DNA of 64,000 nucleotides from NCBI GenBank assembly GCA_045579745.1, contig JAZNMQ010000070.1, forward strand, positions 3,383-67,382, in the 5' to 3' direction. Below, in pieces: positions 38,800 through 49,382 of the stretch. The position numbers and the translations under genes are program-made. This DNA is from Candidatus Flemingiibacterium sp. Lineage in GTDB: Bacteria; Bacillota; Clostridia; Oscillospirales; CAG-272. The number at the start of each line of letters is the position of its first letter. Position 1 is the first letter of the stretch. The notes under the pieces are model-generated. The model was not told the DNA's origin. It made no database searches and saw nothing but the letters and a program-made list of their open reading frames with translations.

Positions 38800-39075
38800 A
38801 AGGCTGAGCAGATATGCCGATTTGCACGATTTCAGAGAGAGCTCCATTTGCTGTGAGGGGCTTATTGCGGTAAATACGGTCAACTAACCGCTGCTCGGGT
38901 GCGGGAGCTATCTTGCACATTGCCGCGCGCAGGAAATGGCGCGACGTTCTCCGACGTTACACGGACTCGGGTGCTATTTGCTCGAGATAAAGTTAAAAAA
39001 TCGGGTGGAACCGTGGGATATTTCTCACCCCGAAGGGATAATTTTATTATTATGCCCTCGGGGTGTTTTTGTTTT
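38800..39075 (+). promoter_or_regulatory. T-box leader (tRNA-Thr responsive) with terminator/antiterminator
   Basis: AGAGAG stem-I start (about 38838). Thr codons ACU/ACC lie in the candidate specifier region (38883-38889). T-box core aatcgggtggaaccgtggg (38998-39016). Terminator stem: caccccgaaggg (39026-39037) pairs with ccctcggggtg (39055-39065), followed by tttttgtttt. It sits directly upstream of thrS. Confidence 0.85.
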
Positions 39076-39104
39076 CCCCTGGGCTGAAAGGAAAGGTATT
39101 CATT

Positions 39105-41039
39105 ATGTTCAAAATTACTTTTGAAGGCAACGCGCCGCTCGAGTTTGATGCTCCGATTACTGCTTATGAAGCGGCAAAGGGAGCGGGACTTACCGACCGT
39201 TCCTCTCTCGCTGTAAAGGTTGACGGCGAGGTTCATGCTCTCTCCTATTTGATTGATCACGACTGTGATGCAAAAATCTTAACCTTTGAGGATGCTGACG
39301 GAAAGCATGTTTTCTGGCATACCGCTTCTCACATTCTCGCGCAGGCGGTTAAGCGTCTTTATCCTTCTGCAAAGCTCACAATAGGTCCCGCTATCGAAAC
39401 GGGCTTCTATTACGATATCGACAGCGAAACCTCATTTACACCCGAGGTTTTGGCAAATATCGAAGCAGAAATGCAGAAGATCGTTAAGGAAAATCTTATT
39501 ATCGAACGCTTCGCACTTCCTCGCGATGAGGCTATAAAGCTTATGAGCGAGAAGGACGAGCCTTATAAGGTTCAGCTTATCGAGGAGCTCCCCGAGGGCG
39601 AGGAGATCTCGTTCTACAAGCAGGGAGAATTTACTGACCTCTGTGCAGGACCTCACCTTTTCTCAACGGGTTCCGTCAAGGCTTTAAAGCTCATTCAATG
39701 CACAGGCGCATATTGGAAGGGCGATCAGAACAACAAACAGCTTCAGCGCATCTACGGTGTCGCTTTCCCCTCAAAGGATATGCTAAAGGAGCATCTTACT
39801 GCAGTTGAAGAGGCAAAGAAGCGCGACCACAATAAGCTCGGACGCGAGCTTGAGCTCTTTACAACCGTTGACTCCATTGGCCAAGGCTTGCCGATTATGC
39901 TTCCCAAGGGAGCACGCGTTATTCAGCTTCTTCAGCGTTGGGTCGAGGACGAGGAGCAAAAGCGCGGCTATTTGCTTACAAAAACTCCGCTCATGGCAAA
40001 ATCCGACCTTTATAAAATTTCCGGACACTGGGATCACTATAAGGATGGCATGTTTGTACTCGGAGATGAAGAAAAGGACAAGGAAGTCTTTGCGCTTCGT
40101 CCGATGACATGCCCGTTCCAGTACCAGGTATTCCTCAACCGTCAGCGCTCGTATCGCGACCTCCCGATGCGTCTTGGAGAAACATCAACTCTCTTCCGTA
40201 ACGAGGATAGCGGCGAAATGCACGGACTTATCCGCGTTCGTCAGTTTACAATTTCCGAGGGACATCTGATTCTCCGTCCCGAACAGCTTGAGGATGAATT
40301 CCGCGGATGTGTTGAGCTTGCAAAGCATATGCTTGACACTATCGGACTTGGCGAGGATGTATCCTATCGCTTCTCGCAATGGGATCCCAATAACCGCGAA
40401 AAATACGAGGGTACAAATGAGCAATGGGAAGAAGCTCAGGGCGCGATGAAGAAGATTCTCGATAACATCGGCATCAATTACACTATCGGTATCGGTGAGG
40501 CAGCATTCTACGGTCCTAAGCTTGACATTCAGATTAAGAATGTTCACGGCAAGGAGGATACTCTTATCACAATTCAGATCGACCAGCTTCTTGCTGAAAA
40601 GTTTGGAATGGAGTATATCGATGTTGACGGTCAGAAACGCCGTCCGTACATCATTCACCGTACATCCGTCGGATGCTATGAACGTACGCTTGCTCTGCTT
40701 ATTGAAAAATATGCAGGTGCGTTCCCGATGTGGCTTGCACCGACTCAGATAGCAATTCTGCCTATCGGATTCGATCAGCACGAATATGCTGAGGCACTCA
40801 ACGAAAAGCTTAGTGCTTGCGGCATCCGTACATTCCTTGATGAGCGTAACGAGAAGATTGGCTACAAGATTCGCTCCGCTCAGCTCGAGAAGATTCCGTA
40901 TATGCTCGTAATCGGAGATAAAGAGAAGAACGATGGCACAGTTGCGGTTCGTTCGCGTAAAGACGGCGACCTTGGTGTAATGAGCATTGACGAATTCCTC
41001 GGAAAGGCTCTTGTTGAAATCAACACAAAGGCAAGATAA
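39105..41039 (+). CDS. thrS: threonine--tRNA ligase
   Basis: TGS N-terminal domain, editing-domain HTASHILA, class II motifs (FRNEDSGEMHGLIRVRQF), and a C-terminal anticodon-binding domain. ATG 39105 lies downstream of the T-box terminator; listed ORF start 39063 lies inside it. Confidence 0.95.
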   Translation: MFKITFEGNAPLEFDAPITAYEAAKGAGLTDRSSLAVKVDGEVHALSYLIDHDCDAKILTFEDADGKHVFWHTASHILAQAVKRLYPSAKLTIGPAIETGFYYDIDSETSFTPEVLANIEAEMQKIVKENLIIERFALPRDEAIKLMSEKDEPYKVQLIEELPEGEEISFYKQGEFTDLCAGPHLFSTGSVKALKLIQCTGAYWKGDQNNKQLQRIYGVAFPSKDMLKEHLTAVEEAKKRDHNKLGRELELFTTVDSIGQGLPIMLPKGARVIQLLQRWVEDEEQKRGYLLTKTPLMAKSDLYKISGHWDHYKDGMFVLGDEEKDKEVFALRPMTCPFQYQVFLNRQRSYRDLPMRLGETSTLFRNEDSGEMHGLIRVRQFTISEGHLILRPEQLEDEFRGCVELAKHMLDTIGLGEDVSYRFSQWDPNNREKYEGTNEQWEEAQGAMKKILDNIGINYTIGIGEAAFYGPKLDIQIKNVHGKEDTLITIQIDQLLAEKFGMEYIDVDGQKRRPYIIHRTSVGCYERTLALLIEKYAGAFPMWLAPTQIAILPIGFDQHEYAEALNEKLSACGIRTFLDERNEKIGYKIRSAQLEKIPYMLVIGDKEKNDGTVAVRSRKDGDLGVMSIDEFLGKALVEINTKAR

Positions 41040-41055
41040 GCTTTAATAATAATGA

Positions 41056-41097
41056 AAAGGCTCGTAACACCGCGTTAATGCTGTGCTGCGAGCCTTT
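41056..41097 (+). terminator. candidate terminator hairpin after thrS
   Basis: aaaggctcg (41056-41064) pairs with cgagccttt (41089-41097), with an imperfect inner extension. The T-tract is poor. Confidence 0.4.
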
Positions 41098-41229
41098 AAG
41101 CATAGTTTTGTGGCATAGAGCTGTTAATCTTGCCGACTAATCCAAAGTAATAAATAATGCATGGGCTGCCGCATTTCGCGTCAGCCCATTAATAATATGC
41201 CTTAAATTGTTATGCGATTTTTGTAGTAA

Positions 41230-44200
41230 TTATTTCTTCTTAGACTTTGTTACCGCGAAAATCACAACTGCTCCGACAACTATCACTGCAACAATAACGA
41301 TGATAATTGCTGTCGGGAATGAGCCTTGTGCATCATCTGTTTGACCGTCGTCCGGGTTTCCTGCGCCCTCGTCGGTTTCGGTATCAGAAATTGCATCGTC
41401 ATTCTTATCAGTATCAGTGGGTTTGCTTGTGTCCTTCGGCTCATCAGTTTCAACCGGATCCGCGGGAAGCTCGTAGTCCTCTATTGCAAGACCAACGTGA
41501 GCATAGATACCGATAACGTTATCCGTATTTCCAACGATTTCAGACCATGCTGCATTGCCTGCGCCGAATGCGGGAGAGGTTGCTTTGAGTGCAACATCAT
41601 ATGTTCCGTTTGTGGTGACATCATAGTTATCACCCGGTACATAACCTGCCTTCTTCGCATTCTCTATCGCTTCCTTAGACCATGTGGACGGATAGGTTGC
41701 CTTGTTTACATCATGAACTGCGGGAGCGAGGTTGGTGAACTGCGGGTCAACCGGATAGAGGTTGTTGATTCCTACAACTACACCCTTGATTGATTTGCCG
41801 ATGTTGCTGTTGGAGCTGTAGTTATAGAAAATGTTGTTGTCATACTCTACACCGGTGTAGCCAGCGCCAACGGGATTTTCAACGCAGCCAGTGCGCGAAT
41901 ATACGATGTTGTTGTACATTCTGAAGTTGTTGGACTGGTTGTTGAAAAGTTCGCCCCAATTAAGGTGAGGAGTTGCGTTGTTGTAAAGAACGGTGTTGTT
42001 GATTACATCAACATTATCACTTCTGAAAGAGTGAATGCCCGAACCGCCGTTTTCGTAAACGAGGTTGTTTTCTATGAGTATTTTTCCTCTGTAAGGAAGA
42101 TTGTCGAAAGTGTTATTGTTACTGTCGATGAGGATTCCGTTACCGTCACTGAGAGCTTTGTGTCCTACCCACGGGATAAAGTGACGGTTACCGATTGAAA
42201 TGTTGTTGCGGAAGATGATCTTATAGTCCTCGGTGTTGTTGTCAACATCGATGTTACCGAGCGAACCGAGTCCGGAGGATGCGTACATGCCCCACCAACC
42301 ATTATTAACCGAAACACAGTTCTCTATTGTTACATAGTCAGAGAATCGAGTGCCGATGCCGCCTGAGCAAAGCAGGGTTGCGGTACAGTTGCGAACGATT
42401 ATGTGGTTAGGTACGATTACGCCGGGGTTGAGAACGCCATCTGAGAATTTATCAGGAGTGTGACCTGAGGTAGGCTCGATGCACATACCGTTAGTATTGG
42501 TAACACTGACCTTTCTTCCCCATTCGCTATCTGTCTTGAATTCCTTGCCGTAGTAAACATCCCAAGCCTGCTCGTAGGTAACCTCATCAGCAAGACCTTC
42601 AATGGTTAAGCCGTCGAAAATTACATAGCTTGCCTGAACGATAATGGTGTTCCATTCGCCGTTTGACTTGAGCACAGGCTTTTCACCGGGAGCTGCTTTG
42701 TAGGTGATATAAGCTTCCGGCAAACCCGAACGGGTAATTACAAACGGACCGTCGTTTGAATATACAGTCGACCAGCCGTACGGGATTTCGCTCTCGAAGA
42801 TGATAACTGTATCGCCGGGGTTTGTCTTGAGATGTGCCGCTTGAATTGTCTTTAAAGGCTTATCCTTATAAAGACCGCTGTTGGAGTCACTTCCGATATC
42901 TCCGTCAACATAATATGTTTTGTATGTCGGAGTTTTAAGAACCTTGATTTCAACGCGGGTTTTGAGTATTCCGCCAAGACCATCGGAGGTTTCAACTACA
43001 AAGTTTACACCTACGGGGTCGGTCGATGCGCCGTAGTAAAGCGGGTCGTCTACAATGTATGCAGGCTTTACGAATTTATCACTCGGAGGAGTGTAGGTCC
43101 ATTCGCCTGTCGCTGAATCGATCTTGACGCTTCCCTCATCGGCGGGGATATCCTTGATTATAGTGTATGTAAGCGGATCGCTGTCCTTATCGGTAGCTTC
43201 GATTTTGCCCTTAAGGGTAGTGCCCTGAGCGATAGCGTATGCGTATAGCTGAGTACCCTGAGGAACACTATTGATATGAGCGGATACGTTTGAATTGTTT
43301 ACAAAAAGTCTGCCGAGGTTGTTGCATCCCTGGTCGCCCCACATGGGAACCCAGCCGCCGCTGAAGTAGCCGGCGCCTGAATCATCACGGCCTGACATGA
43401 TATCAATTCCCACGAGTGAGAAGTTGTCACGCTCAGCCAAATTAGTGCCTTCGGCAAGAGGTGAAATGGAGTTCCACGGAATCGTGCAAAGGAGGAAATA
43501 ACCGCCATTTACTTCAAATTGCTGTGCTTTTGCTGTCTTATTGGGAGCAGCCGAAACATAGTGGCACTGCGTGAAGCTTTCAGTAGGTCGCCACTGAATA
43601 ATAACGTCATGCTCATCTCTTGCGCCGCTTGCGGTATTGTCACCGTCAATCATTATCTGAACGACGGGCGGATGTTCCGTAATCTCGCCATCTGTTTCCT
43701 TCGTTTGTATAGTATTGAAGGAACCGTCAGGGTCTTCTACAAAGAAGCCAAGGTAGAGATTTTGGTTGTCACACATAGCGCCAAAGCTGTTTGTGGCACC
43801 AATGTATTTTTGAAAATCCATCTTGCTGCTGAGGTCCCACTCGGAGAGAACAGGCTTGTCAAGCGTAGGAGTTCCGGGGTTCGCTACAAGCGGAGCCTTG
43901 GAAGCTCCAAGATAGAGAATACCCCATGTGTTAGGCAGGTTGTAAGCCATATCCTTGTTCCAAAGCCAGGTATGGCGAACGGAGCTTGTATGAGAGTCGT
44001 TATCGTTGTTTGAAACTTCAAGACCGATAACCGTATTTTGTGCAGCGGTAATTCCAAGTGATTCGAAGGGAATGTTTACCTCTACATTGAAGCCATCGGC
44101 ATCTTCCTTTACCGAATAAAAGACTCCTTCAAGCTCAGTCTTTGTCCACTTGTCCTGTTTGCCGCCATGAATTTCAATTGTTCCGTCGTACTGAATGAAA

Positions 44201-44712
44201 AAGTGGTAGTCGTTTACTCCGTCGTAATTGTCACCCTTGCTGTGGTCAGCGTCGATGAAGATCTCGACTGAGTCGTTTTCGTAAATGTTTTCGCTTGTAA
44301 AGTCCTTGACAATATCGCTGTCAACAACATCAACTGCGATGCTCAGGTATTTGGCGTTCCATTTTGAGTCGAATGTACAGATGTTGTTGTAGATGGTAGC
44401 CTCTGTCTGCTGATTTACAGAATAGCGAAGCCCGCCCCATTCGCCAAGATCTCCGTCGACTGTTACAGGAGAACCTGACAAACTTGTGTCTGCGGTCGTG
44501 TACTTGCCATTGGCAAACGAAAGCATCGGTGCTGTATGCTCTTTGGCATTTCCTGCTTTAGTTGAAACAGCGAATTGGCGAGAGGGTAACAGCTCTGTTG
44601 TTTCCTCAGCCTGCACATTCTGCGCCATGGAAAGCACGCCAAGGCACAGAGCTGAGCTGAGAAAGCTTGCCAAAAGTTTGTTCATAGCAATCTTCTTGCA
44701 TGAATAAGACAT
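41230..44712 (-). CDS. large secreted, C-terminally membrane-anchored CBM9-like / cadherin-like / beta-helix protein (paralog B)
   Basis: 1160-aa ORF with GGAGG RBS and signal peptide MNKLLASFLSSALCLGVLSMAQNVQA. CBM9-like blocks (VTVDGDLGEWGG, ENIYENDSVEIFIDA). DKDSDPLTYT motif. PbH1 repeats. Acidic D/T/P linker, then a TM helix (IIIVIVAVIVVGAVVIFAV) plus KSKKK. No LPXTG. Confidence 0.85.
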   Translation of the reverse strand: MSYSCKKIAMNKLLASFLSSALCLGVLSMAQNVQAEETTELLPSRQFAVSTKAGNAKEHTAPMLSFANGKYTTADTSLSGSPVTVDGDLGEWGGLRYSVNQQTEATIYNNICTFDSKWNAKYLSIAVDVVDSDIVKDFTSENIYENDSVEIFIDADHSKGDNYDGVNDYHFFIQYDGTIEIHGGKQDKWTKTELEGVFYSVKEDADGFNVEVNIPFESLGITAAQNTVIGLEVSNNDNDSHTSSVRHTWLWNKDMAYNLPNTWGILYLGASKAPLVANPGTPTLDKPVLSEWDLSSKMDFQKYIGATNSFGAMCDNQNLYLGFFVEDPDGSFNTIQTKETDGEITEHPPVVQIMIDGDNTASGARDEHDVIIQWRPTESFTQCHYVSAAPNKTAKAQQFEVNGGYFLLCTIPWNSISPLAEGTNLAERDNFSLVGIDIMSGRDDSGAGYFSGGWVPMWGDQGCNNLGRLFVNNSNVSAHINSVPQGTQLYAYAIAQGTTLKGKIEATDKDSDPLTYTIIKDIPADEGSVKIDSATGEWTYTPPSDKFVKPAYIVDDPLYYGASTDPVGVNFVVETSDGLGGILKTRVEIKVLKTPTYKTYYVDGDIGSDSNSGLYKDKPLKTIQAAHLKTNPGDTVIIFESEIPYGWSTVYSNDGPFVITRSGLPEAYITYKAAPGEKPVLKSNGEWNTIIVQASYVIFDGLTIEGLADEVTYEQAWDVYYGKEFKTDSEWGRKVSVTNTNGMCIEPTSGHTPDKFSDGVLNPGVIVPNHIIVRNCTATLLCSGGIGTRFSDYVTIENCVSVNNGWWGMYASSGLGSLGNIDVDNNTEDYKIIFRNNISIGNRHFIPWVGHKALSDGNGILIDSNNNTFDNLPYRGKILIENNLVYENGGSGIHSFRSDNVDVINNTVLYNNATPHLNWGELFNNQSNNFRMYNNIVYSRTGCVENPVGAGYTGVEYDNNIFYNYSSNSNIGKSIKGVVVGINNLYPVDPQFTNLAPAVHDVNKATYPSTWSKEAIENAKKAGYVPGDNYDVTTNGTYDVALKATSPAFGAGNAAWSEIVGNTDNVIGIYAHVGLAIEDYELPADPVETDEPKDTSKPTDTDKNDDAISDTETDEGAGNPDDGQTDDAQGSFPTAIIIVIVAVIVVGAVVIFAVTKSKKK

Positions 44713-44754
44713 TTTTTTACCTCCAAAAGTGATTTTTGAGTTGTTGCTAAAAAT

Positions 44755-44783
44755 ATTATATATTAATTGAACAAATTTGTCAA
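44755..44783 (-). promoter_or_regulatory. consensus sigma-A promoter for paralog B
   Basis: Minus strand reads TTGACA (44783-44778), 17-nt spacer, TATAAT (44760-44755). It is embedded in the inverted repeat ATTGAACA-N13-TGTTCAAT (44765-44793). Confidence 0.65.
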
Positions 44784-44874
44784 TATGTTCAATGTAATAA
44801 GCTATTCTTGACGCTTCCCATCACAAATTCTGACTATATGTTAAGCATAGCACAGCTTGTTTGTTGAACGGCGG

Positions 44875-45786
44875 TCAATCGTTTTTCTCGGTATGATTTT
44901 TTCTGAACAGGAATTCAAGCTTAGTTTCCGATACAATTACCGCAATGAAGATTAAAATAAATCCTGCCAAGCCCTTGAATGTCAGATTCTCGCGGCCTAA
45001 GGCTACCGAGAATATTACGCCGAAAACAGCCTCGAGTGACAGTATTATCGATGCTGTTGACGGGTCGGTATGCTTTTGGCCGAAGTTTTGAAGAGTGAGC
45101 GCAATACATGTGCAGAAAACTGTGAGATAGGCGATGCTTAGTCCTAAAGAGGGGCTGAATACTATCGACGGATAGTCAGAGCGTTCGGTTATCAGCGACA
45201 GAACGAGCGCGCATATTCCGCTTGAAGCAAACTGCAGTATAGTGAGAAGCACAGCATCACGAGTGCCTGTAAACTGAGATACCGCGATGATATGAAGCGC
45301 ATAGAAAACGCCGCATGTCAAGGATAACAAATCTCCCATGCCGACAGTCAGTTCGTTTGTCAGAGAAACAAGGCCTATTCCGACAATACAGACCAAAGCT
45401 GAAACGATATTATAGCGGTCGGGACGCTTTTTCGAAATTCCCCATGCCATAAAAGGCACCATTACGCAGTAGACAGCAGTCAGAAACGCGTTCTTTCCCG
45501 GAGTCGTTTCGGGAAAGCTTATGCCTAAGGTTTGAAAGCAATATGCGGTAAACAGCAGTACTCCGAGGATCGAGCCCCGTACAAGATACTGCAAATTCAA
45601 CAACTTCAGTCTGCTGTGAAAAACGATTGCCAAAATTACCGCCGCACTCAGAAAGCGGATAGCAAGCAGAACATTTGTCGGAACGGTATCTACAACATCC
45701 TTTACGATAATAAAGGAGCTGCCCCAAATTATTGTTGCAAGAAGCATTGCAAGCTTTGCAACTACACCAATTTTCAGATTTTTCAT
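44875..45786 (-). CDS. DMT-superfamily (EamA-type) transporter
   Basis: About 10-TM ORF with two EamA-like halves. ATG 45786 (MKNLKIG) follows GGAG; the 25 upstream codons of the listed ORF are unlikely to be translated. Confidence 0.8.
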   Translation of the reverse strand: MKNLKIGVVAKLAMLLATIIWGSSFIIVKDVVDTVPTNVLLAIRFLSAAVILAIVFHSRLKLLNLQYLVRGSILGVLLFTAYCFQTLGISFPETTPGKNAFLTAVYCVMVPFMAWGISKKRPDRYNIVSALVCIVGIGLVSLTNELTVGMGDLLSLTCGVFYALHIIAVSQFTGTRDAVLLTILQFASSGICALVLSLITERSDYPSIVFSPSLGLSIAYLTVFCTCIALTLQNFGQKHTDPSTASIILSLEAVFGVIFSVALGRENLTFKGLAGFILIFIAVIVSETKLEFLFRKNHTEKND

Positions 45787-45841
45787 AGTGATCTCCATTC
45801 CGCCGCGCTGCGGCGGCACAAATACTACAATTAAATTAATT

Positions 45842-45866
45842 AAAAATGGGACGAGTCCCATTTTTA
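45842..45866 (-). terminator. candidate terminator between the fab operon and the DMT gene
   Basis: aaaaatggga cgag tcccattttt palindrome with U-run on either strand. Confidence 0.45.
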
Positions 45867-45950
45867 ATCAATTTAAGGCGTGAAATCGTTTGCTTCATTA
45901 CCCGCTAAACTAAACTTTCACGCTAACACTCAATTCTTTTAAACAATGCA

Positions 45951-45985
45951 CAGCCGTGAGAGGCGCATGACACTTCTCACGGCTG
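45951..45985 (-). terminator. hairpin downstream of acpP
   Basis: cagccgtgaga (45951-45961) pairs with tctcacggctg (45975-45985). The T-tract on the minus strand is weak. Confidence 0.4.
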
Positions 45986-46009
45986 ATTATAGTATGAACG
46001 ATTTAATGA

Positions 46010-46234
46010 TTATATATTAGCCTCGACATACTCAACAAGGTCGCGAACAGTCTTGAGGTTAGGAATCTCTTCATCGGGAACTGTTACTCCGATTTTGTCC
46101 TCGACCTCCATAAGCATCTCAACAACGTCGAGAGAGTCAGCCTCAAGGTCTTCCATTATGTTGGTATCCTCGGTAATTTCATCAGCAGAAATATCAAGCT
46201 GCTTTGCGATGATATCAGCTATTTTTTCAAACAT
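46010..46234 (-). CDS. acpP: acyl carrier protein
   Basis: 74 aa with phosphopantetheine site LEADSLDVVEMLME. Confidence 0.9.
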   Translation of the reverse strand: MFEKIADIIAKQLDISADEITEDTNIMEDLEADSLDVVEMLMEVEDKIGVTVPDEEIPNLKTVRDLVEYVEANI

Positions 46235-46292
46235 GGTAAATCCTCCAAAAATTAATAGTATTCCGGATGCCCGAATTTATTTTGATAGCTCT

Positions 46293-47132
46293 TTATTCGA
46301 TGATTTTATATTGTCCCATCTTTCTGAACTTATCATATCTTTCATTATATAGCATCTCGCCGTCTTTTTCAAGTAGTAAAGCCAAATTTTGCAAAATATT
46401 TACTTTTAGGGCATCGGCAGTTGCATCATAGTCAAGGTGCGCTCCTCCCGATGGCTCATCGACGATTGAATCGATTATTCCGAGTTCAAGAAGGTCGCAG
46501 GCGGTCATACGAAGCGTTTTAGCGGCATCCTTTTCGCGTGAGGCATCCTTCCATAAAATGCTTGCAAAACCTCTCGGAGATATTACGGAATAGGTTGCGT
46601 TTTCGAGCATAATAACACGGTTTGCACATGCAATTCCGAGCGCGCCGCCCGAACCGCCCTCGCCTATTATTACGCTGATTATCGGAATTCGAAGGCCCAT
46701 CATATCGCGAAGATTCTGCGCAATTGCAAGCCCTTGACCGCGCTCCTCGGCGGAAATTCCGCAGTCGGCACCCGGTGTATCGACAAATGTAATTATTGGA
46801 CGGTGGAATTTTTCGGCAAGCTTCATCTGACGCATTGCCTTACGATAGCCCTCGGGATGAGCCATTCCGAAGTTCGCCTCTATATTCTCGGCAACGGTAT
46901 GACCCTTCACATGCCCGATAACGGTTACGGGGATTCCATCAAGCTGTGCTATCGCGGTGTACATCGCTTTGTCATCTCCGAGCGCTCTATCTCCGTGAAG
47001 CTCAAGCACATCGGTGAAAATGCGGCTGACATAATCGTGTATTCCCGGGCGATTCTTATGGCGTGAAAGCGTGAATTTCTCAAGGGCATCGGTGAGATGC
47101 TCGGATGCTTTTTCAGCATTGATACCGCTCAT
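46293..47132 (-). CDS. accA: acetyl-CoA carboxylase carboxyltransferase alpha subunit
   Basis: RPGIHDY, FVDTPGA, and [10 protein letters not shown] blocks. Confidence 0.9.
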   Translation of the reverse strand: MSGINAEKASEHLTDALEKFTLSRHKNRPGIHDYVSRIFTDVLELHGDRALGDDKAMYTAIAQLDGIPVTVIGHVKGHTVAENIEANFGMAHPEGYRKAMRQMKLAEKFHRPIITFVDTPGADCGISAEERGQGLAIAQNLRDMMGLRIPIISVIIGEGGSGGALGIACANRVIMLENATYSVISPRGFASILWKDASREKDAAKTLRMTACDLLELGIIDSIVDEPSGGAHLDYDATADALKVNILQNLALLLEKDGEMLYNERYDKFRKMGQYKIIE

Positions 47133-48010
47133 TTGCGCTCACCGCCTCTCGATAATTTTATTACAAGTGCAATTTTGTCGGGAAGCTCCTCGCGTGGGAC
47201 AATGCTGTCGACAAAGCCATGCTCAAGCTGAAATTCGGCAGATTGGAAATCAGCGGGAAGCTTTTTGCCGATCGTACCCTCGATAACGCGTCTTCCTGCA
47301 AAGCCGATGAGAGCCTTAGGCTCAGCTAAGATTACATCTCCGAGCATAGCAAAGCTTGCTTCGACTCCACCCGTGGTGGGGTCGCACAAAACGGTGATGT
47401 AAAGAAGTCCGGCGTCGCTGTGAAGTCCGACGGCGGCGCTGACCTTTGCCATCTGCATGAGCGAGAGCGTTCCCTCGTGCATACGAGCTCCGCCCGAGGC
47501 TGTGAATATAACGACAGGCAAGCGCTCGGTTATGGCGTCTTCAAACAGACGCGTGAGCTTTTCACCTACCGCAGAGCCCATTGAAGCCATCATAAAGGTC
47601 GAATCCATAACGGCGATCATGCACTCCTCGCCGCGAATTTTTGCGCGTCCGGTTACAACCGCTTCGTTAAGAGAGGTCTGCGCACGCAGACGGTTGACCT
47701 TTTCGGTATATCCCTCAAATTCGAGCGGATTCGCCGATGTTATGTTTTGGTAAAGCTCGGTAAAGCTTCCTTCATCGCAGGTGAATGCTAAACGCTCATG
47801 TGCGCTCAGCCGTGCATATGCTCCACAGTGTGGGCAAACTGCAAACGCTGCGTCGTATACTCGCTTTGATATCTCCTTTTTGCATTTCGCGCAAATGATT
47901 GTATCTTCAGCTGCCTTTTCGTCGGTTTCCGTTTTAGCCTTGTGCCTTAGCGATTCAGGAATGGTGATATACTGAGCTTTTTTTAACAAATCCTTTAGCA
48001 AACTACTCAC
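47129..48010 (-). CDS. accD: acetyl-CoA carboxylase carboxyltransferase beta subunit
   Basis: N-terminal Cys4 zinc ribbon (CAKC...CPHCG) and a carboxyltransferase core (SGGARMHEG). Confidence 0.9.
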   Translation of the reverse strand: MSSLLKDLLKKAQYITIPESLRHKAKTETDEKAAEDTIICAKCKKEISKRVYDAAFAVCPHCGAYARLSAHERLAFTCDEGSFTELYQNITSANPLEFEGYTEKVNRLRAQTSLNEAVVTGRAKIRGEECMIAVMDSTFMMASMGSAVGEKLTRLFEDAITERLPVVIFTASGGARMHEGTLSLMQMAKVSAAVGLHSDAGLLYITVLCDPTTGGVEASFAMLGDVILAEPKALIGFAGRRVIEGTIGKKLPADFQSAEFQLEHGFVDSIVPREELPDKIALVIKLSRGGERK

Positions 48011-48011
48011 C

Positions 48012-49370
48012 TCACTCTGACATCAGCTTTTTAATGTCAATATTGTCGAGAAATGAATTTGTATAATTTCCTTCCACAAACTCGGGGCAGCTCGTGAGAG
48101 CTAACTGAAAATCCCGATTGCAGCTTATTCCCGAAATAATAAATTCGGCAAGCGCACGACGCATGCGGATTATCGCCTCATTGCGGTCACGGCCGCTGAC
48201 TATAAGCTTTGCAATCATTGAGTCATAGTAAGGCGGAACGGTGTAGCCCTGATAAACAGCCGCGTCAAAACGCACGCCAAGTCCGCCGGGAACATTAAAA
48301 TCAACAATTTTACCCGGACACGGCGCAAATTCTCGTAGTGGGTCCTCAGAATTTATACGGCATTCGATAACATGACCGCTTGCTGTGATGTCACTTTGCT
48401 TAAAGCGGAGCGGCATCCCCGCAGCAATTTCGATCTGCGCTCTGACAAGGTCGATTCCGGTCAGACATTCTGTGACGGGATGCTCGACCTGAATACGGGC
48501 GTTCATCTCCATAAAGTAGAAATTTCTATCCGCGTCAACGAGATATTCGACCGTTCCTGCTCCAACATAGCCCGAAGCCTTTGCGGCGGCTATAGAAGCG
48601 GCACCCATTCTCTCGCGAAGCTCGGGGGTCATGAATGCTGAGGGCGTTTCCTCAAGCACCTTTTGATGCCGACGCTGCATTGAGCAGTCGCGTTCCATGA
48701 GATGAACGGTATTTCCAAATTTATCCGCAAGTATCTGAAATTCGATGTGGTGCGGGTCGCGAATAAATTTTTCGATGTAAACTCCGTCATAACCGAAGTT
48801 TGCGGCAGCCTCGCTTTTGGCAGTCGCAAACGCGTGGCGAAGCTCTGTTTTGTCGCTCGCCATTCGAATGCCCTTGCCGCCACCGCCGCTTGCGGCTTTA
48901 ATCATAACGGGATAGCCAATTTTTTCGGAAATCTCCTCTGCCTGCTCTAAATCGGTGACGATTCCGTCTGAGCCGGGTACAACGGGAACTCCCGCAGCAA
49001 CAACTGTGCGCCGAGCCTCAGCTTTGTCGCCGACAAGCTCAATGGAACGAGAGGTCGGGCCGATAAACTCGATGCCGTTTTCCTCACAAAGGCGCGCAAA
49101 TTCGCTGTTTTCGGAAAGGAATCCATATCCGGGATGGATAGCTTCAGCTCCGACAAGCTTAGCAGCGGTCAGGATCGCATTCATATTTAGATAGCTGTCG
49201 CGTGAGTACGCGGGACCGATGCAAACGCTCTCATCTGCAATCAGTGTATGAAGCGATTCGCGGTCGGCATCTGAATAAATTGCCACGCTGATAATGCCCA
49301 TGTCACGGCATGCGCGAATAACTCTCACCGCAATCTCGCCGCGATTGGCAATCAATATTTTTCTGAACAT
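48012..49370 (-). CDS. accC: biotin carboxylase
   Basis: [16 protein letters not shown] start, an ATP-grasp block (GGGGKGIR), and [14 protein letters not shown]. Confidence 0.95.
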   Translation of the reverse strand: MFRKILIANRGEIAVRVIRACRDMGIISVAIYSDADRESLHTLIADESVCIGPAYSRDSYLNMNAILTAAKLVGAEAIHPGYGFLSENSEFARLCEENGIEFIGPTSRSIELVGDKAEARRTVVAAGVPVVPGSDGIVTDLEQAEEISEKIGYPVMIKAASGGGGKGIRMASDKTELRHAFATAKSEAAANFGYDGVYIEKFIRDPHHIEFQILADKFGNTVHLMERDCSMQRRHQKVLEETPSAFMTPELRERMGAASIAAAKASGYVGAGTVEYLVDADRNFYFMEMNARIQVEHPVTECLTGIDLVRAQIEIAAGMPLRFKQSDITASGHVIECRINSEDPLREFAPCPGKIVDFNVPGGLGVRFDAAVYQGYTVPPYYDSMIAKLIVSGRDRNEAIIRMRRALAEFIISGISCNRDFQLALTSCPEFVEGNYTNSFLDNIDIKKLMSE

Positions 49371-49382
49371 TTTGTCACCCTA

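Noticed and set aside
38880-39260. Small ORFs (126, 62 and 62 aa) overlapping the region upstream of thrS
   Set aside because: The region carries a promoter, T-box core sequence and terminator/antiterminator. It is an RNA leader, not coding sequence.
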